Below, piece by piece: positions 17,367 through 25,273 of a stretch of DNA of 25,914 bases (its first letter is position 1; each line of letters starts with the position of its first letter). The position numbers were made by a program, and so were the translations under genes. The notes under the pieces are model-generated. The model was not told the DNA's origin. It saw nothing but the letters and a program-made list of their open reading frames with translations, and ran no database searches. Source of the stretch: a virus (lineage: Duplodnaviria > Caudoviricetes). Where the stretch lies: positions 1 through 25,914 of IMG/VR virus record IMGVR_UViG_3300030095_005044. One strand, 5' to 3'.

Positions 17367-18021
17367 TGGTCAATTGTTCTTTTTTATTATACAACATCTC
17401 TCCAGATTTCTTGACTCTCTCAATTGTTTTTAGCTGACCTAAAACATTGAATACCTCTGGTTGACTTGAACCAGATGTTAAGGTTTCTGCTTTGTTTTTC
17501 ATGATTAATGCATAAGAATCTAATTGATGTCTATTTACATCATTAGTATCAAATGACCCATCATCAAATTCTTTTTTAAGTATTGACCAAAGTTTTATTT
17601 CTCTCATTCTGTCTTTGGCGACTAATTGCATATTAGCTAAACCATATCTAGCTTCATCAAGATCTATTTTATATTTTTCTAATTTATATTCCTCAGTTTC
17701 AGTTTCTATCTTTTTTTCTAACCATTTAACTTTAGCTTCGCTACGTCTACAATCAAAAGATAAAGACATTAAGTTTTCTAAAAATACATTTTGTTCTCTT
17801 ACACACTGCCAATACTTTGCAGCTTTGGTAGGGTATTTTGCATCTTGTAAAACAGACATTCTCATTTCTGTTTCAGTTCTAAAAACTTGTTTTTTAGTCC
17901 ATGTATCTCTAAGTTCAGATGTTAAAGCTTTAAATTCTTTTACATCATTTGGATCTAATAGATTATTTAAACTAGGTGCTTCTTTTTCAATTAAAGCGTG
18001 AATATTTCTTTTTTCAGACAT
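17341..18021 (-). CDS. Helical/coiled-coil hypothetical protein (possible tail-fibre assembly factor)
   Basis: 226 aa from ATG 18021 (MSEKRN...); PTKAAKYWQCVREQ motif followed by a coiled-coil. The ORF-track extension to 18123 overlaps the upstream gene and looks non-coding. Confidence 0.7.
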   Translation of the reverse strand: MSEKRNIHALIEKEAPSLNNLLDPNDVKEFKALTSELRDTWTKKQVFRTETEMRMSVLQDAKYPTKAAKYWQCVREQNVFLENLMSLSFDCRRSEAKVKWLEKKIETETEEYKLEKYKIDLDEARYGLANMQLVAKDRMREIKLWSILKKEFDDGSFDTNDVNRHQLDSYALIMKNKAETLTSGSSQPEVFNVLGQLKTIERVKKSGEMLYNKKEQLTNDLDAKPE

Positions 18022-18028
18022 TTCTAAT

Positions 18029-18056
18029 AATTTAACTTTTATAAAACAGAAGTCAA
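18029..18056 (-). promoter_or_regulatory. Putative promoter giving a leaderless transcript of the 226-aa gene and oxygenase cluster
   Basis: Minus strand TTGACT, 16-nt spacer, TAAATT, 7 nt before ATG 18021; no SD sequence upstream of that ATG. Confidence 0.5.
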
Positions 18057-18058
18057 GT

Positions 18059-19906
18059 TTAACTTGAAGACAGAGTTTTAGCAGCAGTAGCTGAAACTTC
18101 TTCAGTAAAATGCTCAACTGCACCGCTAGGAAAATTTGCTCCAGCTCCTACCCATCCACCACTTACGCCTGGAGAAGTAAAATTAGATGATGCAAATTGT
18201 TTTCTACCTGCAGATAATGATGGACTATTTTGCCAAGCTGTTCCATTGAACCTTTCAACAGTTGTAATCTGATCATAACCACCAATTGATAAACATTCCG
18301 TTTGAGAACCTATTCCTCTATTTTGTTGAACTGATGTGCCTAAAGCTGGTCCAGCTGCCCATGCAGTACCATTGTATGTTTCAAAATTTGTAGTGCTTTC
18401 AGGAGAACCAAATCCTGAGCCAGCTTTAAAAGCTGTATTTTCTGTGGGACCTCCAGATGCACCGTTTTGAAAACTGGTATTCAATGCACCTTCTTCTGCC
18501 CATGATGTATCATTCCAATAATAAGAATCTTTGTTCATTGCTACATCAGGTACATCACTACCAAAAATTAAACAAGCTACTGATGTTCCCGCTGCTCCAG
18601 CACCTTTTGTAGCTATTGGTGTCCCTGTAATTGCTGTCCAAGTATTACCATCATATGTATATGCTGTGGTAGTATTTGATCCGGGTGAAGCTAATCCACC
18701 ACCCCCTATTGCAGCATTTTGTATTCCTGCACCAAATTGATTAATCGAACTAATCGGAGTTGTTCCACCAGCTGCCCAAGATGAACCGCTGTATTCAAAA
18801 GTTGTATTTAAAAATGTGGGTGTTGCTGGACCTGTTGATCCTCCCCAACATAAACCTGCTGTTTGTGTTCCTGCTCCTGATGTATTCCATCTTGCTCCAG
18901 GTAACGCTGGTGCTGCAGACCATGCTGCGGCTGTAATTGTGTTAATTGAAAAATTATATTCTTCTGTTACTGTTCCGTTTGAAGGAGCTCCTGCTATTAC
19001 ACATGAAGTTTGATCTCCAGCTGAAGACATTCTACCTGAACGTGGATTTGCAGTAGATGCGTCAGCTGACCATGTAGTACCATCATATTTATGAGTTGCG
19101 GTTGTTGGAGATGCTGTACCTGGCAACATAAAAGCTGAATCTTGAGCTCCTACACCTTGAGGAAAATTTGCTCCTGTTGTAGGTATAGCAGCAGCTGATG
19201 TCCATGTAGTACCATTTAATTCTTCTGTATTTGAGGTATTTGGTGATGAACCACCAAATGCAATTCCAGCTGTTTGAGTTCCTGTACAACCTGATCCATA
19301 TCTTAAATTATTACTTAAATTAGGACCAGCTGTCCATCCTTCGCCATCTCCTGTATAAGCGTTAGCAGGATAACCCGGACTACCAGGAGTACCTCCCCCA
19401 AAACCAATACTAGCTGTTTGAGTTCCAAAATGGTTAAATGATTCTGCAGGTGTTGGAAGAGCTGTATTTGCTGTCCACGCAGATCCATTCCATAATGTAG
19501 AACCGTTTTGATATGCTGTACCATTTAAAGAACCACACGCAGTTATTGCTGCAGTTGATGTTCCACATGTAGATTGAAAAGACCAAGGGTTAGGATTAGT
19601 TGCAATAGTAAAATATCCTAATCCATTATACTCTTCACAATCTCCACTTGTTCTATTAGAAGGAGATGGGCTTGGGTATTTATCTCTACCAACAGTTATC
19701 ATGGCTGATGCAGTTCCTGCTGAACCTTGAGAATAACCACCTATTATTTGAGGAGTGGCAGAATGCCATGCTCCAGAAGATACGACACTTTTTAATGCAC
19801 CTGCAGTTGAGTTATACCAAACCTGTCCCTCATAACTCGAATTGAGTGTGGGGTCAGATGTAAATTCCTTTACTCTCTTACCGTGTATCTCGTCGTATGT
19901 AGCCAT
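18059..19906 (-). CDS. Kelch-like double beta-propeller tail/receptor-binding protein (paralog 3)
   Basis: 615 aa; N-terminal MxTYxEIxG...GQVWYN; 12 repeats of about 45-50 aa (G-T-Q-T-A...GG-loop-TEEYNGTxW). Confidence 0.75.
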   Translation of the reverse strand: MATYDEIHGKRVKEFTSDPTLNSSYEGQVWYNSTAGALKSVVSSGAWHSATPQIIGGYSQGSAGTASAMITVGRDKYPSPSPSNRTSGDCEEYNGLGYFTIATNPNPWSFQSTCGTSTAAITACGSLNGTAYQNGSTLWNGSAWTANTALPTPAESFNHFGTQTASIGFGGGTPGSPGYPANAYTGDGEGWTAGPNLSNNLRYGSGCTGTQTAGIAFGGSSPNTSNTEELNGTTWTSAAAIPTTGANFPQGVGAQDSAFMLPGTASPTTATHKYDGTTWSADASTANPRSGRMSSAGDQTSCVIAGAPSNGTVTEEYNFSINTITAAAWSAAPALPGARWNTSGAGTQTAGLCWGGSTGPATPTFLNTTFEYSGSSWAAGGTTPISSINQFGAGIQNAAIGGGGLASPGSNTTTAYTYDGNTWTAITGTPIATKGAGAAGTSVACLIFGSDVPDVAMNKDSYYWNDTSWAEEGALNTSFQNGASGGPTENTAFKAGSGFGSPESTTNFETYNGTAWAAGPALGTSVQQNRGIGSQTECLSIGGYDQITTVERFNGTAWQNSPSLSAGRKQFASSNFTSPGVSGGWVGAGANFPSGAVEHFTEEVSATAAKTLSSS

Positions 19907-19913
19907 TTAAACC

Positions 19914-20198
19914 TTATGGTATAATTATATTAGCTGGTCGATCAGTAAATCTTTCTGCTTCAGGTGTTGCATCCCAAGCAGCTTGTGCTGTTTGTACATC
20001 AGCATCAACTAAAGCTTGTGCTTCTGCTTTTGTTTTTTCAACACCACCTTTTTCAGCTAGCCACATAGCGCCATCTACATTGTTGCCAACGCACCAAACG
20101 TCTGCAGGATAACCTCTTAGAAAAAATTTTCTTCTGTCTTCAGCAGTAAAAAATCCTTTTCCAGTGTTAGTTGCTACTCCGTAAATAAAATGTGCCAT
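19914..20198 (-). CDS. Small protein, possible tail-fibre chaperone/adaptor
   Basis: 94 aa, strong AAGGAGG RBS; between propeller genes; ends in a helix plus RPANIIIP, reminiscent of Pro-terminated tail-fibre assembly proteins. Confidence 0.6.
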   Translation of the reverse strand: MAHFIYGVATNTGKGFFTAEDRRKFFLRGYPADVWCVGNNVDGAMWLAEKGGVEKTKAEAQALVDADVQTAQAAWDATPEAERFTDRPANIIIP

Positions 20199-20235
20199 AT
20201 TTCCTCCTTCTTTTGTTTATTTAATATCATACTTT

Positions 20236-22374
20236 TTATGTTTGTGTAAGTGTCTCTATATTTAAATTCTCTGTTTCTCCAGTAAATTCTTCTGTTGTAT
20301 TAACGTCTGATGAACCATCGTATCCACCTGACACTAATCCAGCTGTTGAAGCTGAACTTGGTCCAAGACCTCCACCTCCTGATCTTGATGTGCCCATCGA
20401 AGGTCTTGTTGACCATGTTGTTCCATCATAAGCTTCAGTGCCACCAGCATTACCAGATTCTGGTGAGCCTCCGCTAACAAGTCCAGCTGTTTGTGATCCA
20501 GTTCCACTTGTCGCTGAGTTTCTTGCATAATTCATAGTTCCACCAGTTGTCCAAGCAGAACCTCCCCATTCATACGTAGCACCTGTATTACTTCCTGTAC
20601 TTCCTCCGCATGACACTCCTGCTGTTTCAATTCCAAATCCTGACATATTAGCTGTTGCTGCGGGTAAAGCATTTGGTGCAGTTGCCCAACTTGAACCACT
20701 CCATTCTTCGACATTAGCAATTCTAGTTGGAGTAGGATGAAAACCACCCATGTTAATTGCAGAAGATGTAGTTCCAAAACCAGAGTTTGATCTTGTTCCT
20801 GTATTTAAACCATTAGGAGATGTTGTCCAAGCAGATCCATTCCAAGTTTCAGTTGCAGTGGATGGACCTGGTGCTTCACCACCAAATGCTATGGCTGCAT
20901 CAGATGTTCCAGATGCCCCTAAAGTATTTCTTGCCGTGTTTAAATCAGCAACTTCAGACCAAGTTGCTCCATTGTATAATTCTGTTTTAGCTGTTCTAGG
21001 TGCTTCTCCACCAATTGCTAAAGCTGATGTTTGTATTCCTGCACCTGCAAGGTTTCTTCTAGCTGTTCCTAAATTTCCACTGCTAGCCCATGCTCCAGCT
21101 GTAATTACATTTGTTGATTTTGTAAATTCTTCTGTTTGGTTAAGATTAGGACCTCTGCTTGTTATAAATCCCGCATCTCCTGTAGAACCTGCTGAACCCT
21201 GATAATTAGTGGAGTTGTCAGCTAATGTCATATCAGGTAAATTTGTCCAAGAAGTACCATCATAATTTTCTGCACCTTTGTAACCAGGACTATTTACTTG
21301 AGCTACTGCGTTTGTTTGTGTTCCCCATCCACAGTTTAACCCTGATGGTCTATTTAACGAACCACCTGCAGTCCAAGCTGAACCATCATATTCTTCAGTG
21401 TTGGTCATTGCATTGGGTGAAGGGTCAATAAATCCACCATAAATTATTCCTGCAGTTCCTGTGCCTCCAGAAGATTGTGCAAGCATTCTTCCAGTTCCTA
21501 TATTAGGACCACTAGAAAAAGTAGAGCCATTATAAACAGCTGTTGTATTATTACCTGCGTTTCCAGAAGTTGGAATTCTACCCATGGCCATAATAACAGA
21601 AGATGTTGTCCCCGTTCCACAAGAACCTATGTTATCTGCTGCTGTTGGCAAAGTGTCTGTAGTAGACCAAGCTGTTCCATTCCATAAATTAGAGGCATCT
21701 GTACGAGATCCGTTCCAACCTCCAGCAATTAATCCTGCAGTTGCAGTTCCAGCTCTTCCAGAATTTGAAATTGTAGCTGGGTAACTTGTTTGACTAGAAA
21801 AACCTGTTCCATTATATTCTTGTACAGTATCTGTAAAAGCAGATGGTGAAGTAGCTCCAACAGAAATGGCTGCTGTTTGTGATCCAAAAACTGCTATTGT
21901 ATATCCTCCAGTTATTAAAGGTCCTCCAGCAGACCATCCTTGTGTCATGACTGCAGATTTAAAATTGTTTCCAGCTTCATTGAACCACATTTGAGAAGCA
22001 ACACTTTGTTGTGTTGGAGTATTTGCTCTTCCTCCCATACCTGAGTGACTTGAACAATAATAGTATAATGTTGGAGCACCAATGCTAACTTTGATAGTTA
22101 CTTTTGTAGTAGAATTAACTGTTACTCCAGTTGTGTATTGAGTTGAACCAGCTGCATCAGGAGCAGTTGCAAATCTAAAAGGATGTGCTGATGGGTGATT
22201 AAATACATACGTAACTCCTTCATACAATCTTAATTGTTTTTGTTGTACTCCATCAATAAAATATCTATTTTGACCATCTGAAGATGCTACCGTAACTGTA
22301 TAAGTTACATTTGTAGTAGGATCTTGTGCAAATGATTCTACTCTTGTTCCAAAAATTTCACTATAAGTTGACAT
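20236..22374 (-). CDS. Kelch-like double beta-propeller tail protein (paralog 2) with inserted cupredoxin-like domain
   Basis: 712 aa; same anchor and 12 repeats as its paralogs, plus an insert of about 100 aa containing HPF...LYYYCSSHSGMGG. Confidence 0.75.
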   Translation of the reverse strand: MSTYSEIFGTRVESFAQDPTTNVTYTVTVASSDGQNRYFIDGVQQKQLRLYEGVTYVFNHPSAHPFRFATAPDAAGSTQYTTGVTVNSTTKVTIKVSIGAPTLYYYCSSHSGMGGRANTPTQQSVASQMWFNEAGNNFKSAVMTQGWSAGGPLITGGYTIAVFGSQTAAISVGATSPSAFTDTVQEYNGTGFSSQTSYPATISNSGRAGTATAGLIAGGWNGSRTDASNLWNGTAWSTTDTLPTAADNIGSCGTGTTSSVIMAMGRIPTSGNAGNNTTAVYNGSTFSSGPNIGTGRMLAQSSGGTGTAGIIYGGFIDPSPNAMTNTEEYDGSAWTAGGSLNRPSGLNCGWGTQTNAVAQVNSPGYKGAENYDGTSWTNLPDMTLADNSTNYQGSAGSTGDAGFITSRGPNLNQTEEFTKSTNVITAGAWASSGNLGTARRNLAGAGIQTSALAIGGEAPRTAKTELYNGATWSEVADLNTARNTLGASGTSDAAIAFGGEAPGPSTATETWNGSAWTTSPNGLNTGTRSNSGFGTTSSAINMGGFHPTPTRIANVEEWSGSSWATAPNALPAATANMSGFGIETAGVSCGGSTGSNTGATYEWGGSAWTTGGTMNYARNSATSGTGSQTAGLVSGGSPESGNAGGTEAYDGTTWSTRPSMGTSRSGGGGLGPSSASTAGLVSGGYDGSSDVNTTEEFTGETENLNIETLTQT

Positions 22375-22376
22375 AA

Positions 22377-24224
22377 TTAAGATGTTGTAAAGCTTCCTAT
22401 GTTAGTTGTTGCTACTTCTGCTGTAAATTCTTCAGTGTTAGTCATTATACCTGGAGGACCTTCTCCACCCGCTACTATACCTAAAGATGCCGTTCCTGCA
22501 CCTCTTATATCATATCTAGCTGTTGCAAGCGAAGGTCTAGTAGACCATGTAGTTCCATCATAACCTTCTGTTGATGCAGATGCGTTTGATCCATCATAAC
22601 CACCTGCAGTAATAGCACTGTCTTTTGTAGCTCCTGGTGAACCAGATAATCCTTGTCTTGCTGTTATTAAAGAACCTCCTGCTGTCCAATTAGTTCCATC
22701 ATATTCTTCTGTGTTTGCATATTTTGTGCTTCCTGGTTGATCAGATCCACCAAAAACCATCATTACTGTATCTCCTGTTCCAACAGCACCTGTATATTTT
22801 CTAGCTTGTGATAAATCGTTTTGTTCTGACCATATCGTACCATTATATTCTTCAACAAGATTTGTTACTGCAGTGGAAGGATATGTTCCTCCTGCGTAAA
22901 CAGCTGAATCTTGTGCACCAGACATTCCACCAAATCCTCTTGCAGTTAACATTGAGTTTGGTTGAGTTGCCCATGAAGTTCCATTGTATTCTTCAGTTGC
23001 TCCTGATGCTGGATAACCTCCTGCAGCTAATCCTGCACTTTCTGTTCCTGCACCTTCAACATATTGTCTAGGTGTGTTTAAATTATTTCCTTCAGACCAA
23101 GATGTTCCATTGTATTCTTCTGAAACAGCTGTTCCACCTGGGGGACCAACTCTACCACCTGCATAAAAAGCAGATGTTTGAATTCCACCCATGGCTCCAG
23201 CTATTCTTGCTGTGCCTAAAGCTCCACCAGAAGCCCATGCTGCAGCAACAAAAGTATTAGTTGTTTCTTGATATTGTTCAACGCTACCTTGAGAGTTACC
23301 TGCAGCTTTTAATATATTTCCTGAACTTGATCCTGTTCCCCCTGCTTGCGAATTAGCATTTACAAGAGATACAGGAGAAGTTGTCCAACTTGTTCCATCA
23401 TAATTTTCAATGGCAGTTCCCGGTGAAGGGTTACCACCTAACAAAGTAGCAGATGTTGTAGAACCTTGACACATTGCAGGTCCTTGATTACTTCTAGCTG
23501 TATTTAAACTAGCAACAGCAGTCCATGAAGAACCATTCCATTCTTCTGTCATAGTAGGTGCAGTTGGAGTACCACTAGCTTCACCTGATACACCTAAAGC
23601 AGCAGTTTGTGTTCCACATCCTGACATATTTGCTCTAGCTGTGTTCATGTTTGCAGGTTGCACTGACCAATTGGTTCCATCATAATATTTTGTTAAGTTA
23701 GAAGCTACAGGATAAGTAGGATTACCGTGTCCTGAGTACATTATTGCTGCTGTTTGGGGTCCACCACCACACATACCTCTAAGTGCTTCAGGCATAGCAT
23801 TTTCAGCTGACCAAGCAGAACCATCATAGTGTTCTGTTGCATTAGTTGCAACTGGTGTGGCCAACATACCACCACAAATTACCCCTGCGGTTAAAGTTCC
23901 AAATCCTGATCTGTTAAGTGCACTTACGGTTTGATTACCGCCTGATGACCAACCTGAACCATTAAACTCTTCTGTAATATTTGTGTATCCAGGAGATCCA
24001 GCTCCTGCCCAATTTGCATCAGCTGATCCACCAGATGCTGTGCCAAACTGATTGTAATTAGCACCTCTACTCATAGCTGTTTGAGAAGTAGTAGTTGCAG
24101 TAAACAATAATGATTTTAAATTACCTGTAGTATTATTATACCAAACATCTCCTGATGCTGCATTAGAAGGATTCGTTGTTTGGCGTTTGATTAACACCCC
24201 TGTAAGTTCTTTATATGTAGTCAC
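22377..24224 (-). CDS. Kelch-like double beta-propeller tail protein (paralog 1)
   Basis: 615 aa; GTG start with AAGGAG RBS; MTTYKELTG...GDVWYN anchor and 12 repeats (e.g. SLNTAR...GTQTAAL...TEEWNGSSW). Confidence 0.75.
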   Translation of the reverse strand: MTTYKELTGVLIKRQTTNPSNAASGDVWYNNTTGNLKSLLFTATTTSQTAMSRGANYNQFGTASGGSADANWAGAGSPGYTNITEEFNGSGWSSGGNQTVSALNRSGFGTLTAGVICGGMLATPVATNATEHYDGSAWSAENAMPEALRGMCGGGPQTAAIMYSGHGNPTYPVASNLTKYYDGTNWSVQPANMNTARANMSGCGTQTAALGVSGEASGTPTAPTMTEEWNGSSWTAVASLNTARSNQGPAMCQGSTTSATLLGGNPSPGTAIENYDGTSWTTSPVSLVNANSQAGGTGSSSGNILKAAGNSQGSVEQYQETTNTFVAAAWASGGALGTARIAGAMGGIQTSAFYAGGRVGPPGGTAVSEEYNGTSWSEGNNLNTPRQYVEGAGTESAGLAAGGYPASGATEEYNGTSWATQPNSMLTARGFGGMSGAQDSAVYAGGTYPSTAVTNLVEEYNGTIWSEQNDLSQARKYTGAVGTGDTVMMVFGGSDQPGSTKYANTEEYDGTNWTAGGSLITARQGLSGSPGATKDSAITAGGYDGSNASASTEGYDGTTWSTRPSLATARYDIRGAGTASLGIVAGGEGPPGIMTNTEEFTAEVATTNIGSFTTS

Positions 24225-24232
24225 AAAACTCC

Positions 24233-25258
24233 TTAATTATTTTTTAATAACCAACCTTGTGTTCCGTCTGTATAAACTAAGGTGTTTCCTGCTCTTTCTG
24301 TTGATACAGTAAGGTTAGCTGCAGTGCCTTGAATTTTTTCACTGTTTCTTCCTACTGTCATATTGTTTGTATCAAAAGTGCCTGCATAGTCTATAAACAC
24401 GATTTCATCACCAATAGTTGGTGAAGAAGGTAGTGTCATCGTTACAACTGATGAAGTGGTATCAATAAAATATCCTTCACCAGCTACAGCTGTAAAATCT
24501 CCAGTTTTTACTGCTTGCCATGATGTTCCTCCAGACACTGCTGCAAAAGACAATACTCCTGATCCATTTGTTTTTAAAAACTCATCAGCATTACCATCTG
24601 TTGCGGGTAAAGTTAATGTTATATCACCTGCAAGTGTAGGTGCTTTTAACTGAACATAATTGGTTCCGTCATCAGTATCTTCTGTAAATCTTAAAGTACC
24701 AGCTTGTGTTGAATTACCTGAAATTTGTACAACACCACTTCCGTTTGGTGCTAATGGAATATTACCATTTGAAACTGAAACTATTGAATTACCATTTACA
24801 TCTAAATTTCCACCTAGTTGTGGAGAAGTATCATCTACTACATCACCACCTGTTTGCACTTCAATAACGTTTGTACCGTTAGAATAAACTATTTTAGTTG
24901 TTGTTGTAGACCAAGAAACTCCAGTTCCAGATGCTGTTTTAAATGTTATTGTTTGACCACCTGTAGTAGAATTTTTTAGAATATAATTCATCTCAGTGCC
25001 ATCAGGAATAGTTACACTAGCTGAACTAGCTAATGATCCTGAAGAAGTAAATTCAATTACTGATGTAGCAACTTCTGAACCAGTTCCACCATTTGTAACT
25101 GCAAGTGTATTAGTTCCTGCTGCAATTTGTTTTGAAATATAACCACCTGATATTTGTTGTAATATTTCTAGATTTGTATTTGTTTTATCACCCCATAGAC
25201 CGGCTTGTTCACCAGTCACCATTTTTTCAATACCTAAATTTGTATATGTCGATGCCAT
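24233..25258 (-). CDS. Tail fibre (proximal/adaptor) protein
   Basis: 341 aa; N-terminal MASTY...GEQAGLWGDKTNTNL virion anchor; DTSPQLGGNLDVNG and LTLPATDG..FLKTNGSGVLSF fibre motifs; C-terminal WQAVKT..FTAVAGEGYFIDT...GWLL domain. Confidence 0.78.
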   Translation of the reverse strand: MASTYTNLGIEKMVTGEQAGLWGDKTNTNLEILQQISGGYISKQIAAGTNTLAVTNGGTGSEVATSVIEFTSSGSLASSASVTIPDGTEMNYILKNSTTGGQTITFKTASGTGVSWSTTTTKIVYSNGTNVIEVQTGGDVVDDTSPQLGGNLDVNGNSIVSVSNGNIPLAPNGSGVVQISGNSTQAGTLRFTEDTDDGTNYVQLKAPTLAGDITLTLPATDGNADEFLKTNGSGVLSFAAVSGGTSWQAVKTGDFTAVAGEGYFIDTTSSVVTMTLPSSPTIGDEIVFIDYAGTFDTNNMTVGRNSEKIQGTAANLTVSTERAGNTLVYTDGTQGWLLKNN

Positions 25259-25273
25259 CTTATAAACTCCTGT

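Larger units (their letters stand above)
18100..24090 (-). repeat. 36 degenerate coding repeats (Kelch-like blades, about 140 bp period) across three genes
   Basis: Recurring TEEY[ND]GxxW, GG and LNTAR motifs; visible on the + strand as recurring (gtt)ccat(t/c)...ttcttc words. Boundaries approximate. Confidence 0.8.

Noticed and set aside
18022-18123. 34-aa N-terminal extension of the 260-aa ORF
   Set aside because: Overlaps the upstream gene and a promoter-like sequence; ATG 18021 is the better start.
20334-21784. Multiple short alternative-frame and antisense ORFs (e.g. 20750-21202 +, 150 aa) over the propeller genes
   Set aside because: Shadow ORFs from the Gly/Ala/Thr/Ser codon bias of the real minus-strand genes; no RBS or recognisable motifs. 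The same applies to nested ORFs such as 12727, 14074, 14326, 17615, 24456 and 25344.
18100-24090. Periodic nucleotide words that could mimic a CRISPR array
   Set aside because: Degenerate, in-frame coding repeats with about 140 bp period; no identical repeat-spacer structure and no cas genes.
18059-25258. Diversity-generating retroelement or invertase shufflon acting on tail genes
   Set aside because: No reverse transcriptase or recombinase in the window, no template/variable repeat pair differing only at adenines, and all paralogs share one orientation.
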